Source: the human T2T-CHM13v2.0 reference genome, Homo sapiens
Reading direction: 5' to 3' (one strand)
Assembly: GCF_009914755.1 (NCBI RefSeq)
Contig: NC_060927.1
DNA length: 64,000 nt
Program-made: the position numbers and the translations under genes
The notes under the pieces: model-generated
Seen by the model: the letters and a program-made list of their open reading frames with translations, nothing else
Database searches by the model: none
What the model was told of the DNA's origin: nothing
Shown here: piece by piece, positions 1-13,175 of the stretch
How positions within the stretch are numbered: the first letter of the stretch is position 1
Layout of the letters: each line of letters begins with the position of its first letter

Positions 1-1637
<1,637 letters not shown>

Positions 1638-1644
1638 GATTTCG

Positions 1645-2322
1645 GTACCCCACTTTCAATAATTGATAAAACGAAGACTTTAGCAACACTATCATTAACT
1701 GATATTTATAAAACACTCCACTGAATGACTTCAGAGTACTCATTCTTTTCAAGTGCACATGTAACATTCTCCAGGATAGACTATGTAATAGAGCCCAAAA
1801 CAAGTCTCAGTAAAATTTTTAAAAAGATTGTGATTGTACAAAGCATGTGCTCTGACCACAATGGAATTTAGAGATCTATAAGGGAAAGAAACCTGAGAAA
1901 ACATCAAATATTTGGAAATTAAACAACACACTTCTAAATAACCCATGAGTTGAAGAAATCACAAGGGAAATTAAGTTTTACTGAATGAAAACAAAAACAC
2001 AACATCAAAATCTATGGGATATATCTAAAATAGTACTTAGAAATAAATATAACTTTGATTCCTATATCAGAAAATAATAAAAGACAAATAAAAAATGTAA
2101 GCTTCCACCTTAAGGAACTAGAAAACAAAGAGCAAGCTAAGCCCAAGACAAGCAGAAGGAATAAAATAATAAATATTAGAGTAGAAAAGCAATAGATAAA
2201 AAATTTAAATCCCTAAAAGTTTTTTATTTCAAAAGATCAACAAAATTGACAAACCCTTAACTAGACTGACCAAGGAAACAAGAGAAACATTACTAATTAC
2301 CAAAATCAAGAATGAAGGAGGA
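1645..2322 (+). mobile_element. L1M ORF2 fragment (end of endonuclease domain and linker)
   Basis: CATTCTTTTCAAGTGCACATG..TCTGACCACAATGGAATT..TGGAAATTAAACAACACACTTCTAAATAACC resembles L1 ORF2. Confidence 0.8.
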
Positions 2323-2354
2323 ATAAAGCACCAAAAAAACTCCACGTGATCTTC

Positions 2355-4250
2355 TCAATAGAGTAGGAAGAGCCAGCAAAGAAGACTGGGATAAGAGAAA
2401 CCAGAAACCAAGAGAGAATGTATTTCAATAGAGACAGAGTGGTCAACTGGTTGAGTGCTGCTAATTCCTATAAAAGAAAATGAGAATTGACCATTGGATT
2501 AGGCCATGTGGTTTGTTGACAACCTTAGGAAGGATTTTGGGAAAATAGCATAAATAAAAATCTAATTGGAATGACTTGGAACAGAACTCATTATAAGAAG
2601 TGAAGAAGTGGAAAAAATGAATACAGACAACTCTTCCAAGGGGTTTTGTTAAAATTAAGGACAGCAGTGATTTGGAGTAGTAGGGAGAGAGATGAAAAGC
2701 CTAAGGGAAGTTGTTTTTGTCTTTTAAGATGGGAGATATTATATGTATAGACTGAGGAGTAATTGAAAGGTAAAAGGGGGAAAAGTTGGTGATGCAAGAG
2801 AGAGTAGATACCTGCAGGCACAAAGTCCTTGAGAAGGCAGGAGGGAATGAGATGTAGTTCAGAAGCAAAGTATGTCAGGAACTCTGAAGGGTCTGAGATT
2901 TTACTGTATTTGTAAGCTAACAAGTTAGCCTGCCACTATTTCATGGAGGCTCAGCAAATGGGAAACTCCTGGGTCAAAGACAAAGGCTTTGATTTCTCAC
3001 ACCACCAGTTCCCTACACCCCAATTCCCCAGATCAATGTGAAGAGGGCCAGATGACACCCGCATATGCATTGAGTTGCATTACAAGTGAGGAACTCTGAA
3101 CTTAGGGAACCCGAATCTTTTATATTGGGCAATAAAGGTGTGTGCCCTTTGCTCTAGAGACATTGTTTTTATTATTTTGAGCAGTAAACATTCTTGCTGT
3201 TTGTTCCAGAGGGAGACACTATCTCTATCTTCCAAGGCTATGAAACATTCAATCCTTGATTACATAGTCTGGAACAAGGAAATTTAAGAGACTCTTAGAG
3301 AATTGTCTCTCAACAGAGTTTAGCCTTTAGTAAGAGCTTGGACACCTCATCCATTTTAAATGGTAGAGGGTGAGGGGTGGGGAAGATAGATTATTGGAAA
3401 AGATTCTAGTACCTCTTTTTTGCTTACTTTTATTTTTTTCCCTAGCAAATCAATAGATGAAGGTATCAGGTAAAATTTAGGAGTGGGCATCAAGAGTATA
3501 TGGTTTAAAGAGAGATAGAGCTGCCTAGAAGAGAAGGAGAGGGTTGGCCAAGGAAATGTAGAATTATTGGGTACTGCTGAAGACACTCCTATAGTGTGTG
3601 ATCATAAATTTAACCAGTCAACACAATTGCGATTGTTTTATCCAGGTTCATTTCATGCTTAAGTGCAGGGAAAGGTCACGCAGAGAGTTGGCTTTAACCA
3701 AGATTGGAGTTTTTTTTTAGGACAGTATGATGGAGAAAGAATGTGGTAAGGGCCTTAGGGGCTGTACACTGACAAACCCTTAATTAGTATGAATACAGTC
3801 ATGGACCATGGAATCTAGGCTGGATAAAAAGGACAGTGAGGAAAGGAAGCCCCATGAAAAATTGATGAGGCCAAAGGATCAGAGTTCCTGCTAGGATTAA
3901 AGAAGAGTTAGAGTGTATTAGAATAAGTGAACTAGGAAGATAGAAGGAGGTAGTCAAATAATGGAATGCCTAAAATCAAGGTTTTAGAGTAATAGTATAT
4001 GAGCATGGGAGTGGGTAGCTAAGGTGGGGTGGAGAAAAAGATCATTAGAGATGAGGAGTCAAGAAACTGAATGACCAGAGTGTCAGATGTATCATTTAGT
4101 GCTTGTTGAAGTCACCAAGAATAACAAGTCACAGTGGAGAGACAGGGACCTGTATGCTAAAATTTTGAATCAATGAGAGGAAATGACTGAAAGGTCAGTA
4201 GATGATTGCAACATAGAGGGGTGGCAGGTGCCATTGACTGATGGCAAACT
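2355..4250 (-). mobile_element. L2 LINE fragments, interrupted by an LTR
   Basis: Purine-rich L2 antisense signatures (GTGGTCAACTG..GAATTGACCATTGGATT.., GTTGAAGTCACCAAG). Boundaries approximate. Confidence 0.6.
2873..3315 (-). mobile_element. Solo ERVL-class LTR (LTR40-like)
   Basis: TGT...ACA termini and GGGTCTGAGATTTTAC..AAGCTAACAAGTTAGCCTGCCAC motif; degraded 5-bp TSD AAGTA/GAGTT. Confidence 0.6.
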
Positions 4251-4394
4251 ATTCCTTTATTTAATAAATATTTATTTACATATGGCCAACTAATTACTGT
4301 GGGGAGAACAACTTACCACATCCTCAAGGATTACATGCTAATTGGAAGATAATATACTCCTCCATCAAAAACGAAACAGTAAGGCAAACATTGC

Positions 4395-4590
4395 AGTATG
4401 GTGAGGCAGAAATACCACTTGCCTAAGGGTCAGAAAATCCGATTTCTATTATAAGTTCCAGCTTTGTCAGTAATTAGCTGTGAGCCTGGGTAAATCAATT
4501 AACCCCATTAGGCCTCAGTTTCCACATTTGGATACAGATGAGATGATTCTCAAGCTTCTGCAGGGCATAACATTTCATAATTCTATGAAA
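4395..4590 (+). mobile_element. MIR SINE
   Basis: Core motif TAGCTGTGAGCCTGGGTAAAT..GGCCTCAGTTTCCACATT. Confidence 0.65.
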
Positions 4591-5249
4591 TAAAATAATA
4601 GCTATTTCACACGGAAATTGGGGAGAATAAATAAGCACGACTGTCCAGATTTTACAGACAGAAGAACATGAACCACAAAGGACTACATAATTTGTCCAGC
4701 ATCAGAATGTAAAGTCAGGTTCATTGTTGTTTGTGTTAGATCATATAATGCAGAGCAGATGGCCTAATCTGTGTTGGTGTTTGTCCACTTTCCTAAATTT
4801 TTGTTTGTCTTTCTGTTATCTCTATTTGGTTCTAGCTAGGTCATGATTGCTTATGTCAAAGAAACAAAGAAAATACGACAAGAATCTGTAACTGTAACAA
4901 TGTTGTTTAACACAACTTTGAATACATTTTTACAGGAAGCAAAGAAGTGTGTTGCCCTCTAGGAAATGTGTGTTGCTCTGATGTAATTAGGTTGACATAC
5001 GTTTCCCTGGTAGCCAATATAAGGAATGGGTCCACTAACCCTTGATATCAGAAAATTCTGGGGTTGGATTAGATGTCAAGGTTGGGAAGGATATTATTTG
5101 GGTAAAGGGGTTCATTAACAGTTTTTCCACTATAATGAATTTTTCCTTTATAGCTGTGATGTTACTCCTACATTTTTGAATATGTACAAGCATATTCAGT
5201 GATGCTTTGAGATCCAACTGTATGCTGGGTACTACTACTGTAAGGACTA

Positions 5250-6495
5250 GTGGCTTTGTGGAGAGCAAGAGAGCTAAGGTATGCGTCCTATCTCCTTTTG
5301 TTAATATATACTGAATGGCAAAGATAGACATAAACAAGAAAATGAATAAATAAGATATTTTTTCAGAGCATGATCAACATTATGAAGAATATAAAACAGA
5401 GTAACAAGATGTCTCTTACCATGTTTTGCATTCCCCGCATTTAGAAAATAAGTACCACAAGAGTTAGGACCTTGTCTGTTATATTTATCAATGTATCCAC
5501 TGTGCCTTGGTTAGTGAGTTTTGGTTGTGGACTTCTTTAGGTAGGACAGTCAGAAAAGGTATCTGTAAGATGCCCTGAGAGCTGAGAAGTAGAAAATAAG
5601 GAATTTTCAGCCAAAGATCTGGGGAAGAGCAATGTAAAATTCCCAAGGAAGCAACAAATTCAGCATGTTTAAGAAACATAAGGAAGGTCAGTGTGGCTGG
5701 AAAGTTGTAAGGGTAGAAGTTTGAATTTTAATTTAATTACTGTGATAAGCCACTATAGGTTTTTTTTTCCTTTCTTTCTTTTCTGGTCATGTTTTCTTCC
5801 TCTAATTTTATTTCCTTTTTTCTCTAAAGAATTTTAGTCAGGGATTTTAAATGACCTTATTTTTATCTTTAAAAGTTTACCCAGACAGTTTTGTAGGGAA
5901 TAGAGTGAGAATAGCATGAGAAGAAGCAAGAGATCAGTTAGGAGATGAGTGTTGATAATGGGCTGGTGCAGGGGAAGAAGTATTGAGCAGTAATTGAGTT
6001 TGAGATATATTCTAGTAGGCTGTGTGTGGTGGTGCTTTGGGAGGCCCAGGTGGGAGGATAACTTGAGGCTAGGAGTTTGAGAGATACATTCAAAAGATAG
6101 AACAAACAGGATCGTTCAGCTGTTGTTCTTCAACTGTTGTTCGACAGCTGATTGATTGGATACGGAGTGAGAGAAAAAACAAGAAAGACTCCATTGCTTT
6201 GGTCTGAGTAATTTGGTGGTAGTAGTGCCACTAACAGGGAAACTGGGAGAGGAGCAGAGTTTTTCTAGGGAAAATCAAGCAGTTGGTTTTGTCCATGTGA
6301 AGCTTACAGTGCCTGTTAGATCTCCAAATGGATATGTAGATAAAATGGTTGATATATGAGTATGGCAAGATGTCAGAACTGAAGATATTATCCTCCTGTG
6401 AGTCATTGGCATTTAGATGCTATGTAAAGCTACAAGACTGAGTGAGCTCATCAAGGGAGAGCATGTTGATATGAGCAGCAAGGACTAAGCCTTGA
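5250..6495 (-). mobile_element. L2 LINE fragment with small insertions
   Basis: L2 antisense signatures (AAGGTCAGTGTGGCTGG, GTTTTGTCCATGTGAAGCTT..GTGCCTGTTAGA). Confidence 0.65.
6018..6082 (+). mobile_element. Short Alu left-arm fragment, internally deleted and tail-less
   Basis: GGCTGTGTGTGGTGG..CTTTGGGAGGCCCAGGTGGGAGGAT..AGGAGTTTGAGA. Confidence 0.7.
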
Positions 6496-7384
6496 ATATT
6501 TTTGCCTTTGAAAAATACAGTATTCTATAGACTAGAAGTACATTATTTACCAGGCAAATCAGCCAGTTTTAAAAACCCACTTTGTCTTCCTCTCTCAGCA
6601 AGTAGTGGGAGGCCATCTTAGAAGGAAGCTATCCTGGTGAGAAGCTCTAATCACACAGCAGCCCCTGGGACTTGCCAGTATGTCATCAGATACACAAAGA
6701 AAGATTCTGGTTCCACTATGCCTCTCTCTCATCCTAAGTCTTCCCTGACTCTCCCAGGCCACAGTGATCCCTCCTTCTCCTAACTCTTCTTCCTCGTTAC
6801 TTTCTGGACCTTTGCAGACTTTCTTCCTGGTGGTGTAGCTACTTATGCAGAGCAGATGCTCTAATATGTGTCTGTTTATCTCTATTTATACAAAGTTTGT
6901 ATTTGTCTTCTTGTTATCTCTAACTAGGCAATGATTGCCTATCACCCCCGCTTTCAACAACATTATAATTTCCTCAAGGACAGGATATTCTTACATGTCT
7001 TTCTATCCCTTATCATGTTCTGTATTTCCCCATTTGGAATGTAAATACCACAAGAGCTAGGATTTTGTCTGTTATGTTCATCACTGTACTCTTGCAGTCT
7101 GAAACAGTATTCTTGAATAAACGCAAATAGAATGAAGGAATATAAAAGCTGTTTATAGTTGTCTAGACAGATGATAAAGTGCCCTGCCTAAAAGCAAGAC
7201 TTTTACCCTTTTCCTTGGTAGACATAACCTCCACTTTTGGTCCCCTTTTAACACCACCATATGCAGAAGTGTTTCACTTCATATCACCTTCATGGAATCT
7301 TCCCACAGGTTCTGCTGATGCTCAAGTAGGTAAGAATAGGACATATATTTATGGTCTGTAGAATGCATGTATGTAGTTGGGATC

Positions 7385-7934
7385 TGTGGTAGATTGTCTG
7401 CAAAGATGACCATCAACAATTTCGTTCATCTTTGTATATGTACATTGCTCTTCCCAACAAGAGATGGAGTCTGTTTCCTCCCCACTTGAATATAGATGGC
7501 CATGTGACTAGCTTTGGCTAATAGAATTCAGTAGAAGTGATGTTAATCTAACTTTGGGGCCTGGACCTTAAGAGGCCTTCCAACTTCCAGTTTTGCTGTC
7601 TTGAGATTTGGGCACCATGTTTAAGAAGCTTGGCCTTCTGGATGATGTAAGACCACATGGAGAGAGAGAAGCCTAGCTAGCACCCAACTATTCCAGCCAC
7701 TGCAAGTGAGGTGCAAAACATGTGAATAAAGCCATCTTGTATTCTCTAGCTCTAGCGAAACTATCCCAGCTTCCTCAGGAGTCACGAAGCAGCCACCCCA
7801 TGAAGCACAGACAAGCCATTCTTGAGGAGTCCCACCTTAGTTCACAATCATGACAAATAATACTTTTGGGGGTGATTTGTTTTAAGCCATACTTTTGGGG
7901 GTGATTTGTTATATAGCAGTAGATAACTGAAATA
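7385..7934 (+). mobile_element. MaLR solo LTR (MLT1G/H-like)
   Basis: TGTGGTAGATTG start and GTTATATAGCAGTAGATAACTGA end; perfect TSD GGATC at 7380-7384 and 7935-7939. Confidence 0.85.
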
Positions 7935-7969
7935 GGATCTGTTTCAGGATTTCTTTTATGATAAAACTT

Positions 7970-8340
7970 CCAGAAATACATTGCATTTAAAAGAAGCACT
8001 TCTGCAATTTGTAGCAAAATTATGATGCAATTATATTTTGTCCCAGCAGTCTTCCTTCTAGGATTCTATCCCAAAGATACTCTGGCAAAAACACAAAGAG
8101 ACATATTGGCTATTCATTGCAATACTACCTAAAATGGCAACAAACTTTAAACAATTCAAATGTATATCAGCAGGGGACTCGTTGAATATGTTATGTAACA
8201 TCTACATGATGAAGTAATATGCAGCTATAGAAAAGGAATGAGGAACACCTCTGTAAACTGCCGTAGAGTAATCACCAAGGTATAAAGTTGAATGAAAAAA
8301 AGCAGGCACAGAAAATTATGTATGGTATGATATGCCATTG
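7970..8340 (+). mobile_element. Old L1M 3' fragment
   Basis: CCCAGCAGTC..TTCTAGGA..TATTCATTGCA..TATGCAGCTAT is L1 3'-end-like. Confidence 0.6.
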
Positions 8341-8345
8341 TTTAA

Positions 8346-8649
<304 letters not shown>

Positions 8650-8659
8650 GTGTAACTTA

Positions 8660-9013
<354 letters not shown>

Positions 9014-9086
9014 TTATTACCTTAAGGGGAGGGAGTGGATGGGGTAAATGATAACACAGAAATATAATCTTAAAACTCTAGACTGT

Positions 9087-11505
9087 CCCCGCCCCTGGCC
9101 TGCCCAGCCCGCGGCAGCAGCGTGGCCGCGGTGCAGCATCAGCATCAGCAGCAGTAGCAGCAGCGGGCGGCCGCGTGGGTGTTTTTGTCGGGTCTCGGGG
9201 TCTGGCAGCAGCATGGCGGACTACCTGATCACCGGCAGCACCGGCTACGTGCCCAGGGATGGGCTCACTGTGCCCCAGCTCTTCGTCGGCGCTGACGGCC
9301 TCACCCACAACGACTTCCTGATTCTTCCAGGATTCATAGACTTCATAGCTGATGAGGTGGACCTGACCTCAGCCCTGACCCAGAAGGTCACGCTGAAGAC
9401 GCCGCTGATCTCCTCCCCTATGGACACTGTGACAGAGGCTGACATGGCCATCGCGATGGCTCTGATGGGACCTATTGGTTTCATTCACCACAACTGTACC
9501 GCAGAGTTCCAGGCCAAGGAGGTACAGAAGATCAAGAAGTTTGAACAGGGCTTCATCACGGACCCCGTGGTGCTGAGCCCCTCGCGCACTGTGGGTGATG
9601 TGCTGGAGGCCAAGATGCGGCATGGCTTCTCTGGCATCCCCATCACTAGACGGGCACCAAGCTGGTGGGCATCGTCACCTCCCGAGACACTGACTTTCTT
9701 GCTGAGAAGGACAACACCACCCTCCTCAGTGAGGTGATGACGCCAAGGATTGAGCTGGTGGTGGCTCCAGCAGGTGTGACGTTGAAAGAGGCAAAAGAGA
9801 TCCTAAGTGTAGCGAGAAAGGGAAGCTGCCTATCGTCAATGATCGCGATTAACTGGTGGCCATCATCACCCACTCCGACAAGAAGAACAGAGACTACCCT
9901 CTGGCCTCCAAGGATTCCCACAAGCAGCTGCTGTGCAGGGCAGCTGTGGGCACCCGTGAGGATGACAAATACTGCCTGGACCTGCTCTTCCAGGCGGGTC
10001 TCAACGTATAGTCTTGGACTCGTCCCAGGGAACTCGGCACATCAGATCACCATGGTGCATTACATCAAACAAAAGTACCCCCACCTCCAGGTGACTGGGG
10101 GGAACATGGTGACAGCAGCCCAGGCCAAGAACCTGACGCTGGTGTGGATGGGCTGCTAGTGGGCACGGGCTGTGGCTCTATCTGCATCACCCAGGAAGTG
10201 ATGGCCTGTGGTCGGCCCCAGGGCACTGCTATGTACAAGGTGGCCGAGTATGCCTGGCACTTTGGTGTGCCCATCATATTCAATGGTGGCATCCAGATCG
10301 TGGAGCACATGGTCAAGGCCCTGGCCCTTGGAGCCTCCACAGTGATGACGGGCTCCCTGTTGGCTGCCACCATGGAGGCCCCCGGTGAGTACTTCTTCTC
10401 AGATGGGGTGTGGCTCAAGAAGTACCGTGGCATGGGCTCGCTGGATGCCATGGGGAAGAGCAGCAGCAGCCAGAAACGATACTTCGGCGAGGGGGATAAG
10501 GTGAAGATCGCGCAGGATGTCTCAAACTCCATCCAGGACAAAGGGTCCATTCAAAACTTCGTGTCCTACCTCATAGTGGACATCCAGCAAGGCTGCCAGG
10601 ATAGCAGGGCCCACAGCCTGTCTGCCCTTTGGTCCATGATGTACTCAGGGGAGCTCAAGTTTGAGAAGTGGACCATATTGGCCCAGATCAAGGGTGGCGT
10701 CCACGGCCTGCATTCTTAGGAGAAGCGGCTGTACTAAGGACAGCGGTGGAGGTTGAGGTGGTGGAGGGGGTGCACCCCAGTGTCCACCTTCGGGCACTGC
10801 CTCCCTCCATAACTGAGTGGTCCACAGATTTGCACTACAGGTTCCCCAGCTCCTTTCCAGCGAGAGAGGAGGGGAGGTCCTGAGGGGTCTGCAGCCCCTC
10901 GCTCAGCATCCCCTGCAGTCAGGACTTTTCCCTGGGCCAGGCTGCCCTGGGAGCCCCCTGAGCCCAGCCAGCCAGGGTCTCAGGTGCCTGCCTCAGGTCT
11001 TTCTTGCTGCAGCCTGCTCCAGCCCGGCCCCCACCCTGGGGGGCAGGCAGCCCCTCCTGGCTTCTCCTGTAGAGCACCTCCCTGCCCCCAGCCCCCCAGG
11101 AAATGGTGCTCTCCTGGCCCTGCCTCTGGCCCTTCCCGGGCCGCTGCCCCCTCAGCCATGTGGCACTTCTTAGCTCCTGACCTAGACCAAGGAGTGGTCT
11201 CTGCCCCCTTCCCTGGCCCTGGGCTACCCTTGGGTCCTGCTCCTCAGGCAGCTCCCCTGTCCCTGGCCCTGGGGAGGAGGCTGCCCTGGTCATGGCCACC
11301 TGCCTGTCATTCCTGACTCACCACCATCCCCAGGTGTACCATTCCTGCCTTCTCCTCAGCCGCTGTTGAAGGCTTTAACTTTGCATACTTTGGGATCACA
11401 GTTGTGTCATTGTGTATTAAATAATTGGAATAAATCAAGCAGGTCTCAACGCCTCTACCAAAAACAAAAACAAACAAACAAACAAACAGAAAACAAAAGC
11501 TCTAG
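9087..11505 (+). pseudogene. IMPDH1: Processed pseudogene of inosine-5'-monophosphate dehydrogenase 1 (IMPDH1 retrocopy; specific IMPDH1P number not determined)
   Basis: Intronless 5'UTR, CDS relic (ATG 9213 MADYLI.. to TAA 10735-10737 ..EKRLY*) and 3'UTR. Contains [21 protein letters not shown] and YRGMGS motifs. Frameshifts near 9648, 9806, 10008 and 10137, and a premature TAG at 10717. AATAAA at 11429 and an A-rich tail from about 11460; TSD AACTCTAGACTGT at 9074-9086 and 11506-11518. Confidence 0.97.
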
Positions 11506-11518
11506 AACTCTAGACTGT

Positions 11519-11980
11519 GGGAAACTATAGCACAAATAACCTAGTTTCTCCTACAAGTAAAATTTAAAGAAAACAAAAAGGGATGGAATGGGAACCTTGT
11601 GATTAAAAAGAGGAACTTAAGGGGCATTCTAACCAATTGCAATTTATGAACCAATTTGTTTTCCAATTTGAATAAATAAACTGAAAAAGTTTGAGACAGG
11701 GAAATTTAAACACTGGTTAGACATACAATGCTATTAAGGAATTATTATTTAGGTATGATAATGATAGTATGGTTATATTTTTAAAAGAAGCTTTATATAT
11801 TAGACACACACTGAAGTTTTTAATGGATGAAATGATATTACACTAGGAATTGCTAAAAAATAATTAGATGAATTAGTGAAGTTACGGATAAAACAGGATT
11901 GGCCGTGAGTTGGTAATTAATGAATCTGGATGATTGGTTCATTAAAGTTCATTCTATTGTCTTCTTTACTTTTGTATATA
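11519..11980 (+). mobile_element. Old L1 (L1MC/ME-type) 3' fragment hosting the retrocopy
   Basis: CTAGACTGTGGGAAACT..TTAAGGAATTATT..ATGGATGAAATGATAT..GATTGGCCGTGAGTTGGTAATT pattern. Confidence 0.6.
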
Positions 11981-12468
11981 GAGTCATCCCTTGGTATCCA
12001 TGGGGGATTGGTTCCAGGACCCCCTGCTGATACCATAATTTGTGGATGCTCAAGTCTCTTATATAAACTAGTATTATTTAACCTATGCACATCCTCTGGT
12101 ATACTCAATTATCTCTAGATTACTTATAATACCTTATACAATGTAAATGCTATATAGGTAGTTGTTATACTGCATTGTTTTTTAATTTGTATTGTTTTTG
12201 TTATATTATTTTTATTGTTTTTTGAATATTTTAAAAAGTTTCCATTTTTTTGTTTTTATTATTTTAATTGACACACAAGAATCATACATATTTATGGGAT
12301 ACAGTGTGATATTTTGATACATGTATACAATGTGTAATGATCAAATTAGGATAATTAGCATATCCATCACCTCAAACATTTGTTATTTCTTCGTATTAGG
12401 ATCAAATATTTTCCATTCATGGTTGAATCTACACAAAAGCAGAACCCATGGATACAGAGGGCCAAGTG
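11981..12468 (+). mobile_element. MER2 (TcMar-Tigger MITE) interrupted by an antisense L1MA 3' fragment (about 12240-12400)
   Basis: AGTCATCCCTTGGTATCCATGGG..CCCATGGATACAGAGGGCCAAGTG terminal inverted repeats flanked by TA. Confidence 0.85.
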
Positions 12469-12870
12469 TATTTGAAATTTTTCAAAACGAAAAGTTAAAG
12501 TAAAAAGGAAAGCCTCTGAGACCCAGCATTTTAAGGGCACTGAATTCATTTTCTTCACAATATCATACCGTACATCTATTACTCCAAGTAAACCCCATCT
12601 ATATAAAATGGAAGTTATATCTGTAAAACCACGATGAGTATTTAGAACTGTCTGTGATTGACATCATGTCAGTGATTTTGAAGTTATAATGAATTTTCAG
12701 AAGACAAAGCGTTTTTGTTATTTTGCTTTGTTTTGGGCTTTTAAAAAAAAAAAAATTCCAGTGTCACTTTTGTCTCTTAGTAAAAGTTTTACAGTTTTAA
12801 TTACCATGAATAGTCTTTCTCCTCTTCCAAACATGTATCATCATTCATTCACTCAATCAACATGTTCTTC

Positions 12871-13175
12871 TTTTTTTTTTTTTTTTGAGACAGGGTCTCA
12901 CTCTGTCACCCAGGTTGGAGTGCAGTGGCACAGTCACAGCTCACTGCAGCCTTGACCTTCCAGCTTCTTGGCTCAAGTAGTCCTTGCACCTCAGCCTTCC
13001 AAGTAGCTAGGACTACAGACATGTGCCACCATGTCCAGCTAATTTTATTATGTTTTTGTAGAGACAGGGTCTCACTATGTTACCCAGGCTGGTCTCAAAC
13101 TCCTAGGCTCAAACCATCCTTCTGTTTTGGCCTCCAAAGTGCTAGAATTATAGGCGTGAGAAACCATGCCCAGCC
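12871..13175 (-). mobile_element. Alu (AluJ-like)
   Basis: Poly-T then GAGACAGGGTCTCACT..CTCACTATGTTACCCAGG (J-type). Confidence 0.9.

Noticed and set aside
9213-10737. Functional IMPDH1 retrogene
   Set aside because: Several frameshifts and a premature stop prevent a full enzyme, although the catalytic GSICITQE motif is retained.
10817-11316. Pro/Gly-rich ORFs of 110-126 aa
   Set aside because: They lie in the GC-rich IMPDH1 3'UTR relic, where stop codons are scarce by composition.
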